Origin: a virus
Lineage: Duplodnaviria; Caudoviricetes
Strand: one strand, 5' to 3'
Length of the DNA stretch: 34,797 bases
Virus record (IMG/VR): IMGVR_UViG_3300032218_003035
Span: 1 to 34,797 of that record
This document shows positions 21,501 through 29,087 of the stretch, in pieces (position 1 is the first letter of the stretch; every line of letters starts with the position of its first letter). Position numbers and translations under genes: made by a program. The notes beneath the pieces were generated by a model, which made no database searches, was not told the origin of the DNA, and saw only the letters and a list, made by a program, of their open reading frames with translations.

Positions 21501-24093
21501 GAAATTTTGGCTCATTGGATCCATCAACTGTCAAGAAATATGCGTATGTTCCTTCTGGATAATCTGGAGTTACGCAAAATCTTCCATTATTTTCATCTAA
21601 GTAAGATTTGCCTGTGGATGCTCTGGCATACCATTTATAGTCATCTACAAATGTTCCTAGTGGATATTGACTTGTTGAAGGTCCTCCTAATCTAGATCCC
21701 AATAAATTGTAACCACTAATTAATCTAGTAATTGAAGAATTTGAATTTAGGGGATTTGAATATCCAAAAGGTCCGTATATTGGATTGCCATCATACGCAA
21801 AACCAAGTATGGGAGAATGTTGCTTTACTGATGGTTCTGTAAAATTAGTGTTTAAATTATCGTTTAATTGAATACGCAATCTTTTTGGGTTGGCAACATA
21901 ACCATAGCCTAGTGTTTTTTCTAATTTATCTTTTGTTGCAAAATTTGAAAAAATATAACCATAAGAATCATCTAATGTAGGTTGATGTTTGTTGAATCTA
22001 TTTTTGTACCATTTTCTAATTTCTACTTTTGCCGTAGCTTCAGTTCCTTGTGCATCTTCAATTAATTCTAATTGAACGTTTGCTTGAGTATAAAATTTTC
22101 CTACATTAATTGCTTCAAATCCAACAACTTGACCATTTTCAGATATTTGTGATTTGTATTCGGCAAAATTTCCTTTGCCAGCAATGTCAATAATTCTTAC
22201 CGTTGGTGCGGTGGAATAATATTCGCCTGGATCAACTACTATAATATCAGTAATTTGACCATTGGTTACCACAGCCCTCGCTTTGGCTCCTCTGCCTGCC
22301 GTGATGGTCACTCTGGGCGTTTCTGCGTAGATTTCTTCGGTATTGATAACAATCGATTCTAGAACCTCTCCAGACACGTTTGCGGTTGCCTTTCCGGGAA
22401 TTTCGTTAATCAATACATATGGAGGATTTTTGTACCCAGAACCTTTATATGTAATTTCTGAACTTACAATATTACCATACAGTACATACTCTTCGTCCTT
22501 GCAACCATATGCAGGAACACCATTTACTAAAATACCTACATCTCTAGCAGGAGTTTCATAAATTTCTGTGGTGGTTACTGGTGTTTTTCTTATCAAACGA
22601 AGAATTTTTTGATCCTTTGGTAATTCTGATATTGACGCAGTTAAAATTCTATGAGAAGGATAACTTGAAGAACAGATGTAAAAATATTGATCATCTTCAT
22701 AAATTGCCGAAACATCAGCATTTAAATTAGAAATTGCTGATTGAACTGCTGGATTATTAAAAACTAATGGTCTTGTGTTAGATTCGTTAATTAACCAACG
22801 AATGGAACTGGTTCTTCTATCAACAACTATAGGACTGTTGCTTTCAACACCAGCTTTAGAAATTTCAATTTTATCTCCTAATTCAGAGAATGGGGCGGGA
22901 GTATTTAAATTTAAATTATATAAAACACCAAGAATCAAAAATGTTGTTTGTTTTGCTTTAACTGAAAAAATACCATAAACATCAGATCCAGCTAAATGTG
23001 ATTGAGAAGAAGATCTAGAAGCAATGATAAACTGATTTACATTTTTATCAGTAAATGTAAATTGTTCCGAATCAATTAAAAAATTGCCCGATAATTTCCA
23101 TCCTAATGTAGAGCCAACGTCAATTCTATCACCAACAGTTTTAGTACTCGTAAGATTTGATGTTAATTTAGTTTTTGCAATAACATTAAATGTGCCGTTT
23201 ACTGTGGCAGGATCCAATACAATTTCATATACATCATCACCTTTATATACAACATTATCAATAAAACCAGAAGCATACTTGATTTCTGGGTTTGTTGGAT
23301 CTGGTAATTGCTCTAATTTTTCACCAATTAGATTTTCTGGAGATCCAGAAAGAATTTTAACTTTGAGTGAATATGTTGATACCCAATCAGAAGTTGATGG
23401 TCTGATTGTACTATCTTTTGGATACAGTACCTCAGGAATATCATTTGGGGTACGGGAAACAATCGAATTAAAAATAAATTTGATTGACTTATCTGTTCCC
23501 TTTGCTTTATAAAATTTACTTATATTTTTAATTAATGTTCTTTTATCAACTTCTCCTTTTAAATATTTTTCTGGAAAAGAATCCAGATACTGTGATTCAA
23601 AACTTTTTACAAAGGCATAGAGAAATAAATTGCTGACATTATAAACTTCTTCTTCAGCAAAATGACTTGTAGCTTCTGTAGTAACAAATTCGGATTTTGT
23701 GTAAAGATCCCCAAGAGTTGTATTACCGCTTACCCCTCTAGAGACAAATCTAAATTCTGTTTCGGTTCTTTCTTGATAAAAACAAATTTCATTTCCAATA
23801 CGGACATAACCGTTTTTATTTGGAAACGACGAAGCATCAGCTACAACAATTGTAGTATCTGATGAATTTAAATTTGTAGATAATTTTGTATACTGTTTAA
23901 GTAAATTTTCTTCATAAAAATCAATATCACGATATTTTGTGATATTATTAATAATATCCAGCGGCTGTCCTTGATTTTCCAGTTGTTCGTAGTACTTCTC
24001 TACAAACTTTGAAAAATTTTCGTATTCGGATGAGATGAACCCCGGCAGTTGATTTTCGATCAGGGTTGAAATTTTTCTCGTTTTTGACGCCAT
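15580..24093 (-). CDS. gp7: Large baseplate wedge initiator, cyanophage gp7-like (2837 aa)
   Basis: ISTLIENQLPGFI...FVEKYYE, LIKNISKFYKAKGT, DSYYYQDYSYVIKS...HPAGFKLFGE and a YHYH-like segment. Lies between gp6 and gp8. Confidence 0.85.
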   Translation of the reverse strand: MASKTRKISTLIENQLPGFISSEYENFSKFVEKYYEQLENQGQPLDIINNITKYRDIDFYEENLLKQYTKLSTNLNSSDTTIVVADASSFPNKNGYVRIGNEICFYQERTETEFRFVSRGVSGNTTLGDLYTKSEFVTTEATSHFAEEEVYNVSNLFLYAFVKSFESQYLDSFPEKYLKGEVDKRTLIKNISKFYKAKGTDKSIKFIFNSIVSRTPNDIPEVLYPKDSTIRPSTSDWVSTYSLKVKILSGSPENLIGEKLEQLPDPTNPEIKYASGFIDNVVYKGDDVYEIVLDPATVNGTFNVIAKTKLTSNLTSTKTVGDRIDVGSTLGWKLSGNFLIDSEQFTFTDKNVNQFIIASRSSSQSHLAGSDVYGIFSVKAKQTTFLILGVLYNLNLNTPAPFSELGDKIEISKAGVESNSPIVVDRRTSSIRWLINESNTRPLVFNNPAVQSAISNLNADVSAIYEDDQYFYICSSSYPSHRILTASISELPKDQKILRLIRKTPVTTTEIYETPARDVGILVNGVPAYGCKDEEYVLYGNIVSSEITYKGSGYKNPPYVLINEIPGKATANVSGEVLESIVINTEEIYAETPRVTITAGRGAKARAVVTNGQITDIIVVDPGEYYSTAPTVRIIDIAGKGNFAEYKSQISENGQVVGFEAINVGKFYTQANVQLELIEDAQGTEATAKVEIRKWYKNRFNKHQPTLDDSYGYIFSNFATKDKLEKTLGYGYVANPKRLRIQLNDNLNTNFTEPSVKQHSPILGFAYDGNPIYGPFGYSNPLNSNSSITRLISGYNLLGSRLGGPSTSQYPLGTFVDDYKWYARASTGKSYLDENNGRFCVTPDYPEGTYAYFLTVDGSNEPKFPYILGKNYYSLPIDSNYNSSISQNDVPVNSRRVRTLSIESNGSNALVKINNVSSGNVSGINIQDSTNNFEVGSFVRVNDTNTGGGGASAVVSEVKGISVNRIDCVQNKVLDISLTENAFLYAGDIITQNASNATGEIVGNVINSNQIILRNVSGIFNTSNVISGSIEVVNVLVDKNSNYTANSKIVQINNSNLVIAEGVVVETITSQNTVKIRVVSGQFEVNNNYNLKSSNLSDTIGSKIVTVNSLSKNLQINSIDDNIAIANTNGNHNLTVGDNITIDIVPDDTQTQTTYFVRKQIYQRIKLNIPTINSNIDDTGIGSFEYLNGGTNYQTGQYSNVELVFKDSTKIRSLVGAPGNPNNARATVVVSNINGSGRGRVTSVIITNKGSGYKKGDILTLIDAALNRDNNTTSSQRLIISVDHAGFSRLNNTVKLSNVIGLSINDQIQIGSEILKVTNINTTTKIVSVLRGQNFTNVVDHYNNEIVNLYDNQYRFNYAAQFLGQTFNDPYVFNYDKNTQLLTLVYNYSANNINTVEKENVFYDNSTPRKIVTISSVEEPESEFQFSKINTDSEFKSNPIIDVTKYYKYKFDTSHFSMAGTYLDFSPSLSYNINPIEVQSTSAEPGQGGAEVVVKFGYDNNSYIINQNNKIEKTNYLKYYYFDKSKSLKTKTGYLNIIDDPLQGEKTVYYTSDNKFVYKIDKKPQYDGRGSISYTTSSKFAVGAINKVALENLGQNYLRVPIVTGVDIAKENKAIVQTRYNNINKSIDFVTVLDGGKNYSKPKAVVVNGDGYGAEFSVFSRGGKVLQVDVIYGGKNYTYPPTVEIIESDVKMYFQSKNIGIPRSVEIIDNGVDYHSDNTLISSYTSNLVLLLKNHDDHAFFIGEKIVQTTIVNGIVTETASGVVSKNGWRPGSNVLRLENITGFFNKKIQITGLVKKSTADIISILNAEFDSDVRGYYDNIGKFNSDRGYLSSNTQRITDSYYYQDYSYVIKSKTPTNVWRDLIKQTTHPAGFKLFGEVLVESKGDADMPSGEYTKIERVNIINLSSKLVELKNIKKNVTQSILKFNDLNVEKGLGTIALDIDPNSETVALELILSAPFTGNFDSYNGQLTGRTAFVLLEKKSKLPYSPYNNQQLIITLDGVMQEPGVAYNITNTQIIFTEPPLGERIVDGQTVPGQKFYCRSIRFKNNGLNAKYFRKLKSLSTEFDGTNTVFDLYYENGAIVKTDNRENLLVALNGVLQKSREFVNIPFGNSYHILRNPDPNITDKIEFSYPPTNHEDLYENINTELNGAEKCFIYSLGNYKRLTIDSKQIFAKPNGPFLLYNEVSRSVENVQDTRYALVYIDGILQIEGESYEIIGSTIVFKKPLTYYIAESGENVLPDISIILFYGRDLDQNLTMFDFEPDQYLNIIKFNLQGTNIFQTIKNLEVLPNKMLSTQNIWLYQNDYLLGELKEIKAISNNEVELIVVNSINLISRQINNDNLTFLINKTETKDIVGTYDISYLYSTDEDGNRLLKSKANCPIWLYNTQLGQNREEIKRSRKISNIVPGDLIKVDGENEYRQVFSVPFEAKTRNFLEGEVASQEIYAKISCSNYNGITRGEGLSISAKIFGGEVVSLQWNKRELELFFKNNILVQPTAYQYYTNPIIKFIPTDGNGGGARAEVIICNDQILDVVLLDGGSGYTEKPKVVISRKFSIVKKNSRKIQTHLALLQIIPKLDLRFSVVSQIEILPDNVTYIFDILYLGQNFDIATDIINYIWPKSTNTGIVKAEAPQITFIFASIKSFDSIVTSQTNITNRLEVPVKNISIEKISKDITGNAYLGTVDKLAGNNYSAGHFSQNIVGNRLAIFETAKFIDTGYSDVSRLSIEQFGMIYPNSVVQDFDEPNTIKITSSPKNVFNLGYPSIQEFGALLDIELTPTDTIIYIPNTSKFASQGKILIGKEIITYTSKLSDRFLGVIRGVGGTTPVSYSAGQYLRTTT

Positions 24094-24098
24094 TTAGT

Positions 24099-25898
24099 CT
24101 ACTCTGGATATGCTGTAAACTTACTGTTTGAAATATCTACGTCTAGATATACTTCTCTGGTTGCAATAATATCATTTGAAGCAGGTCTAGCACGTAACTC
24201 AATACGGTTATCAAAGAAACTACCTTGAAGAATAGTTAAATTATATAATTGAATCTCCCCTTTTTTATAATTAATATCTCCCACAAAATTATTTAATACA
24301 ATTTTTTCGCCAGACAGGGAATCTAATCTATATAGGACAATTTTGCCATTGCGATCTTCCAAATACACTGTATAATTAGGATATTCTACAACTTTAAATC
24401 CAGTGGTTGATATTGTAGTACGTTCGCAATCAACATCAAATTCATTCTGAAAACATAGCTCATAATAAAATGTAGAATTGATTCCTGGATAGAAATCTTT
24501 TCTCATCATGACTGTAGTATTATTTGAATTGATTGAACGATCAGCATCGTCAATTACTGCAACAAATTTACTATACCTAAATTTGCCATTAAATTTTTCG
24601 GTATCTGATTGAGCAATATAATTTTCTACTCCCGCAATCACTTTGGTTTTAATTTGTTCTGGAGTTTGAGTTGTAACTTCTCTATTATAATAAATGTGTG
24701 AAGTTAATTCTACGTAGATAATCGAAGGATCAATAATTTCTGGTGTTACCGAAGCCACCATGTAATTCTTGAGTGTATCTACAATTTCTTTTTTTGTGAA
24801 AGAAGAGAGCTTTGTAAGATTATTTGGCTTGACTGCAATCTTAACCTTACCATATTCTGGGGGATCTGCTTCTTCACCACCATACACAATGACATCAGCA
24901 ACAGCAGGATAGATATTTCGCACAATCACTGCGTAATCGGCTGCTGTAACCGCCCTGTCTTGCGTTCCGAAGTACTTTGGGGCATTATACTTGATCTTCT
25001 TAATTGACTCGATCTCTTCGCCCCCAGAGGCCACTGAGACGGTTGTAACGTTAGAGATTGTTGCAGTAAAGTCTGAACCACCGTTTTGGTCTTCTAATAC
25101 ACCAGAGAACGTAAAACTTCTTGCACCGTTACTTTCTGGACCATTGGTAACAAGATAAGATATTTCAACATACTCACCATTTTTTAATTTTCTTCCGAGA
25201 ACTCCATCACCAAAGAAAATTTCGTATTTTTCGTCTTCTGTCTCATCTACAAAATATGTTTTTGATTCTGAATTTACGTTTAAGATATTTGTAGCTAAAC
25301 TGTAAATTTCAAAAGATGTTGAGTTTTGTGAAGGATATACTCTAACACGAATTGAATTTGTGTCGGTTCCGGGATTCTGTAGTATAAAACGCTGAGATGA
25401 CTGTGAACTATTAACTGTAAAGAAATTGGTTGTAACTGCGCCCTCATATAACTCAACTTCATTAAAGTTTGCTACAGAGTTAATAACTGGTACTGTGTAA
25501 TCTTGAACTACACTATATTGATATAAAACATCATCAAATGTAGTAACAAATCCAGTTCCTTTTTTTAAAACAATATTTGTGGGGGAGTTGTTACCCAAAG
25601 TTGCCACAAAGCTAACAACTGCTTTTGGTGCGGTGATTGACTTCGGACGGTATCCTAATTGCTTCGCTAAGGACACTACGTTGTCCCTGAGGGTGGCTGA
25701 ATCTAGGAATAGCTCATTAACTACCAGATTGGTGTTAAACGCCGTGTAGTACGTATTATAGGCAAGTACGTCAAGAAGATTACTCCAAACGGAACCATCA
25801 AAATCAAAATCAGTAAACTCTCCTTGTGCTCTTAAGTAATCTTTAAGAGCTGTCTTAATTTCAAGGAAATCTAAATTGGATACCTGAGCGTATGGCAT
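24099..25898 (-). CDS. gp6: Baseplate wedge protein, T4 gp6-like (599 aa)
   Basis: LDFLEIKTALKDYL...FTDFDFDGS...LLDVLAYNTYY...NELFLDSATLRDNVVSLAKQLGYRP; QDRAVTAADY. Confidence 0.95.
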   Translation of the reverse strand: MPYAQVSNLDFLEIKTALKDYLRAQGEFTDFDFDGSVWSNLLDVLAYNTYYTAFNTNLVVNELFLDSATLRDNVVSLAKQLGYRPKSITAPKAVVSFVATLGNNSPTNIVLKKGTGFVTTFDDVLYQYSVVQDYTVPVINSVANFNEVELYEGAVTTNFFTVNSSQSSQRFILQNPGTDTNSIRVRVYPSQNSTSFEIYSLATNILNVNSESKTYFVDETEDEKYEIFFGDGVLGRKLKNGEYVEISYLVTNGPESNGARSFTFSGVLEDQNGGSDFTATISNVTTVSVASGGEEIESIKKIKYNAPKYFGTQDRAVTAADYAVIVRNIYPAVADVIVYGGEEADPPEYGKVKIAVKPNNLTKLSSFTKKEIVDTLKNYMVASVTPEIIDPSIIYVELTSHIYYNREVTTQTPEQIKTKVIAGVENYIAQSDTEKFNGKFRYSKFVAVIDDADRSINSNNTTVMMRKDFYPGINSTFYYELCFQNEFDVDCERTTISTTGFKVVEYPNYTVYLEDRNGKIVLYRLDSLSGEKIVLNNFVGDINYKKGEIQLYNLTILQGSFFDNRIELRARPASNDIIATREVYLDVDISNSKFTAYPE

Positions 25899-26291
25899 TT
25901 ATCGTGTTCTCTCTAGAAAAAATGCTACATTAAGTGGAATGTCTTCTCTACCAATGACTTCAAAAATTAATTCAACATCAAATCCGTTTTGATCAAAATC
26001 AGGAATTGTGTTAACTGCTAAAACTCTAATTCTTGGTTCATAAGCATTCAAGGTGTTTTGAATTTCTGCTGAAACCATACCAGCAGTACCATAATCAAGA
26101 GGTTCAAACAATAATGACGTAACAGAAGAACCCAAATTTGCGTTAAAGACTCTTTCGCCTCTGTTGGTTAACAATAAATTAACAACTGATTGCTTGATAG
26201 CAGCCTCATCCTTTGCGGTGATTAGATCGCCAGTAATTGGATGAGGCTTGAATGTGATATTCAGATCTTTAAATGTAAGAGTCTTATCCAC
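25899..26291 (-). CDS. gp25: Baseplate wedge subunit gp25 (130 aa, GTG start)
   Basis: AIKQSVVNLLLTNRGERVF...LGS....LLFEP...YEPRI (GPW/gp25 motif). Abuts gp6 as TAAATG. Confidence 0.95.
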   Translation of the reverse strand: MDKTLTFKDLNITFKPHPITGDLITAKDEAAIKQSVVNLLLTNRGERVFNANLGSSVTSLLFEPLDYGTAGMVSAEIQNTLNAYEPRIRVLAVNTIPDFDQNGFDVELIFEVIGREDIPLNVAFFLERTR

Positions 26292-26310
26292 ACAAATAAA
26301 TGTTTATTGT

Positions 26311-26318
26311 TATTTATG
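26311..26318 (-). promoter_or_regulatory. Late promoter (CATAAATA) upstream of gp25
   Basis: One mismatch to TATAAATA, about 20 bp upstream of the start codon, intergenic. Confidence 0.7.
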
Positions 26319-26320
26319 TT

Positions 26321-26512
26321 CTATTCCTCAAACCTTTCTACAAAATCATCAAAACCGCCCGCCCCACCACACTGGCGAGATAAACGATCTTGTGGTACTG
26401 CATATTTACGTTTATGTACTTTCTTAAGGTACTTTTCTGAAGAGAGGTCTGAAATCAGAGTCATACCTGATTCAATAAACTCCTCACTTCTATCTACTTC
26501 AAATTTTGCCAT
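26321..26512 (-). CDS. Conserved cyanophage hypothetical protein (63 aa)
   Basis: ORF with a GGAG Shine-Dalgarno, directly upstream of gp25. Confidence 0.8.
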   Translation of the reverse strand: MAKFEVDRSEEFIESGMTLISDLSSEKYLKKVHKRKYAVPQDRLSRQCGGAGGFDDFVERFEE

Positions 26513-26571
26513 CTGTTTACTCCGTAAAGGTACAAACAGAACTTTTAAAGGGGTTGCTATCCCTTCAAGGT

Positions 26572-26579
26572 TATTTACA
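26572..26579 (-). promoter_or_regulatory. Late-promoter-like box (TGTAAATA)
   Basis: One mismatch to TATAAATA, just downstream of a terminator and upstream of a structured leader. Confidence 0.55.
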
Positions 26580-26598
26580 CAACCTCAATGTTGCCAAT

Positions 26599-26620
26599 AA
26601 AAAAAGCGGCTTTCGCCGCT
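26599..26620 (-). terminator. Intrinsic terminator with GAAA tetraloop
   Basis: AGCGGC-GAAA-GCCGCT running into a T7 tract on the minus strand. Confidence 0.92.
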
Positions 26621-26627
26621 AGTATTA

Positions 26628-26774
26628 TTAACCTCTGCCTTGACCACGGTAACGTTTTCTTGCACCGTTGCGACTACTGGCAGAGTATTTCGTGTTCTTG
26701 CCCATACCCTGTCGGGTAGATTTGGGCTTGGACTCGATCTGCTGACCGCCAGTAAGTGAAGGACGTTTTGACAT
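26628..26774 (-). CDS. Small highly basic protein (48 aa), not in the ORF track
   Basis: MSKRPSLTGGQQIESKPKSTRQGMGKNTKYSASSRNGARKRYRGQGRG. Has its own promoter and terminator and resembles a peptide I recall as conserved in cyanomyoviruses. Confidence 0.85.
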   Translation of the reverse strand: MSKRPSLTGGQQIESKPKSTRQGMGKNTKYSASSRNGARKRYRGQGRG

Positions 26775-26801
26775 ATAATGTAACTAATAAACTACCACAC
26801 C

Positions 26802-26830
26802 ATTGTAGCACTATTTGGCTGAATTGGCAA
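26802..26830 (-). promoter_or_regulatory. Sigma70-type promoter for the 48-aa basic ORF
   Basis: TTGCCA-17 bp-TACAAT with an extended TG. Confidence 0.7.
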
Positions 26831-27191
26831 CAAAAATGTTCGGATGCTGAAATGGCGCCACAAAGATTCTCTTTGTACCTGGAACTGAAAGTAACTCAGT
26901 GGCATCTCCCTGTACCGCAGGAGCAAGCTTATTGATAAACACAGTTTTATTCACTGTGGTAATCACTTTTCTCAGAGCGGGTGTGAGTGGGGGAATACAA
27001 GGAATCAATGGATTGTTTGGTACACCTGCAATATTATCGGGTGGGATTGCATTATGAATAAATTCAAGTTGTTTTTTGTTTAAGAAAACATTAACAGATT
27101 TAAATGGTGACGATACTTCCTTTGCAGGAAACAAGCACGGTCCATTGATGGATGGACTATCAATTGTTTTTGGTCCGATGATCAACGGCAT
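26811..27191 (-). CDS. Divergent PAAR-like spike-tip protein (T4 gp5.4-like, 126 aa)
   Basis: Three PAAR-type strands (NVFLN, TVFINKLAPAVQGD, NIFVAN), Pro/Cys-rich loops, near baseplate genes. Confidence 0.6.
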   Translation of the reverse strand: MPLIIGPKTIDSPSINGPCLFPAKEVSSPFKSVNVFLNKKQLEFIHNAIPPDNIAGVPNNPLIPCIPPLTPALRKVITTVNKTVFINKLAPAVQGDATELLSVPGTKRIFVAPFQHPNIFVANSAK

Positions 27192-27193
27192 TT

Positions 27194-27379
27194 TTATTTC
27201 TTTTCTAGTTCTTTTAATCTTTTGTCTACTTCATCCATATACTGAACGATGTTCACATGTTCTTTTTGTTCTGGGGGTCTATACATTAATCTAAAAGGAA
27301 TTGGTAGTTGATTCAATTTCTCTTCGATTCTTGCTATCCTAATCTCTAATAAATTCAACTTCTGGGTCAACTCTTCCAT
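27194..27379 (-). CDS. Hypothetical coiled-coil protein (61 aa)
   Basis: ATG ORF packed in the operon: heptad helices flanking LMYRPP. Confidence 0.75.
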   Translation of the reverse strand: MEELTQKLNLLEIRIARIEEKLNQLPIPFRLMYRPPEQKEHVNIVQYMDEVDKRLKELEKK

Positions 27380-27563
27380 TTTCAGTTACTCTCTCCTTTT
27401 TAATCATATCTTGGTAAATTGTTTCAACTTCAATCTCTGGGCGGATGCCAGCATAATAATCAACTGCAAGTTCCTCAATGGTGTCTGCAAATTGATTGAA
27501 GTCATCAAAACGTTGCTCTTTGAGAGTACCGTCTTTTGTTTTGTAAGTTACTTTGTGTTCCAT
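27339..27563 (-). CDS. Hypothetical protein (74 aa)
   Basis: First ORF after the late-promoter-like box. Overlaps the next ORF by 41 bp. Confidence 0.75.
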   Translation of the reverse strand: MEHKVTYKTKDGTLKEQRFDDFNQFADTIEELAVDYYAGIRPEIEVETIYQDMIKKERVTENGRVDPEVEFIRD

Positions 27564-27640
27564 GGCGACTTTTTTGGCGAAAAATTTTCTGGGAAATTTT
27601 TTGAGTGTGAGGTATTTTGGGGTTTTGAAATCCCTCGAAT

Positions 27641-27648
27641 TATTTAGA
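27641..27648 (-). promoter_or_regulatory. Late-promoter-like box (TCTAAATA) heading the structural block
   Basis: TAAATA core. The same CCTCTAAATAA occurs at 33554-33564. Confidence 0.55.
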
Positions 27649-27720
27649 GGGCTCTGGGAAACGTTTATAGCTTAGAAAGACGGTACTTTTTTGGTATGGC
27701 GTTAATTATAATTAATTAAC

Positions 27721-27878
27721 GATTACGATTAACTGTTAATTCTTTACATCCACACATACGATTACACTGTTATTATAATCAACATCTAATCGTAATTACC
27801 TGTTTATTCTTTATACTGTGTAATTGTAATTAATTGTTAATTCTAATACATCTGTAATTACAATTAACTGTTAATTCT
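27721..27878. repeat. Five degenerate AT-rich direct repeats, 33-34 bp period
   Basis: Core YTGTT at 27733, 27767, 27800, 27834 and 27868 within ...ATTAACTGTTAATTCT-like units. No credible ORF here. Confidence 0.75.
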
Positions 27879-27964
27879 AATCACCCTGTAATCCTATGTT
27901 TTCTGTATATTAATACAATTACACATTTCAGACATTGTATAACAAACTGTAAAAAAGACAAAAT

Positions 27965-27987
27965 AAAAAAGGGGCAGAATGTGCCCC
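27965..27987 (-). terminator. Intrinsic terminator ending the small-gene array
   Basis: GGGGCA-CATTC-TGCCCC followed by T6. Confidence 0.88.
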
Positions 27988-28011
27988 CTCGAAAGTATTC
28001 TTATTTTTTAA

Positions 28012-28287
28012 TTATAGGAAAGCAGCGATATATTCAAGATCTCCATTTTTCTTGGCTTTGTTAATAGTCCCCCCGAGTGAATTACCCAAGAGATCGGGTG
28101 AACGAAGCATGGCAGAAAGATGGGCAACAAAGCGATCCGAACCCCTGTGAATGTATGCTCGCTCGGTGTTGCTGTGGTAGATCACTTCCACGAGGTTGTC
28201 ATCAATTTCCACGTTGGCGATTGCACTGGATTCGTCAACAGTGAAGGAGCGGCAGATGGGAGCGGCGTTGATAACGAAGCTGGTCAT
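28012..28287 (-). CDS. KTSC-like small protein (91 aa)
   Basis: ESSAIANV...VEVIYHSN...Y...SLG..IN pattern. Similar to 33565-33792. Confidence 0.65.
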   Translation of the reverse strand: MTSFVINAAPICRSFTVDESSAIANVEIDDNLVEVIYHSNTERAYIHRGSDRFVAHLSAMLRSPDLLGNSLGGTINKAKKNGDLEYIAAFL

Positions 28288-28344
28288 GGGTTTGAGAAGA
28301 GAATTGGTTGGGGTGGGGGGCTGTGGTGCCCCCCGTTGCTTGCT

Positions 28345-28374
28345 ATCCTACCACATCACAGGGCGGAGTTGCGA
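28345..28374 (-). promoter_or_regulatory. Sigma70-type promoter
   Basis: TCGCAA-18 bp-TAGGAT with TG extension. Followed by an AAGCAAC leader and a G6/C6 hairpin. Confidence 0.55.
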
Positions 28375-28652
28375 TCCTGTGCCCACATCGCCAGGCGCTT
28401 GGTCGATGCCTTGGAGAACACCCGATCAGTCTGGGTGATGGCGCCGTTCTCGTGGATGACCCGGTGGCGGTTGGCTGCCTTGGCACACTGCTGGAGGGCA
28501 CGGCGTCCCATGGGGTTGGTCTGGGCGAGGTTGAGCAGCAGGGCTGCCCGGTGCCCGCCGATCACCTTGGGGCTGTTGAGCAGCAGGGCGGCGACCCGCT
28601 CGGCGTCACCCATGAAGGCGGCGAAGCGGCTGGAGGGGATGAGCTTGACCAT
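28356..28652 (-). CDS. Hypothetical basic early protein (98 aa)
   Basis: Downstream of a promoter cassette. Shares KASTxRLAxW with 32968-33144. Confidence 0.8.
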   Translation of the reverse strand: MVKLIPSSRFAAFMGDAERVAALLLNSPKVIGGHRAALLLNLAQTNPMGRRALQQCAKAANRHRVIHENGAITQTDRVFSKASTKRLAMWAQDRNSAL

Positions 28653-28703
28653 GGTCTGAGGTGCGAGGCGGGTGGTGAAGGATCTCCCCCCTCGCTTGAA
28701 TCT

Positions 28704-28771
28704 ATCCTACAGCATCGGGAGCCCCTGTCGAGGGTCGAGCGCCCAAATCGGGACAGTCCGCCGACTGGCAC
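28704..28771 (-). promoter_or_regulatory. Early promoter plus 22-bp palindrome
   Basis: TCGACA-16 bp-TAGGAT. GGGACAG-N8-CTGGCAC at 28750-28771. Confidence 0.7.
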
Positions 28772-28799
28772 AGCGTCAGCCTGGAGGGGGGCGGTCGCC

Positions 28800-28870
28800 G
28801 TGCTAGATTTGAGGTAGACCCTAAAATTGGAGGGGGTGGGGGGTGCTGTGCTAGATTAGAGGTAGACCCT
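28800..28870. repeat. 23-bp direct repeat pair
   Basis: GTGCTAGATT(T/A)GAGGTAGACCCT at 28800-28822 and 28848-28870. Confidence 0.9.
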
Positions 28871-28890
28871 TCGCCCAGGGACGCAGGCAC

Positions 28891-28914
28891 AAAAAAAAGG
28901 GGGCGGTTGCCCCC
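28891..28914 (-). terminator. Intrinsic terminator
   Basis: GGGGGC-AACC-GCCCCC followed by T8. Confidence 0.9.
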
Positions 28915-28920
28915 AGTGTC

Positions 28921-29076
28921 TCAGCTCTCGGTGTACCCGTCGAACCACTCCCCAGCCTTGCGGGTCTTGGGGTCTCGGCAGTGCTGCTGAGCTTGCTCTA
29001 GGGTCAGCCCTCGCTTGATGATCCGATCAGCTCGGTCGAGGTGTGGGGCGTAGGAGCGGATGATGGTGTAGGACAT
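28921..29076 (-). CDS. Small hypothetical early protein (51 aa, start revised)
   Basis: MSYTIIRSY...[14 protein letters not shown]...WFDGYTES. The ATG follows the promoter leader; the longer track ORF runs through the upstream gene. Confidence 0.8.
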   Translation of the reverse strand: MSYTIIRSYAPHLDRADRIIKRGLTLEQAQQHCRDPKTRKAGEWFDGYTES

Positions 29077-29087
29077 CGGGTTGGGTT

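Noticed and set aside
4294-27647. Short plus-strand ORFs across the structural genes and the 71-aa minus ORF at 14447-14662
   Set aside because: Overlap long conserved structural genes; antisense or off-frame shadows.
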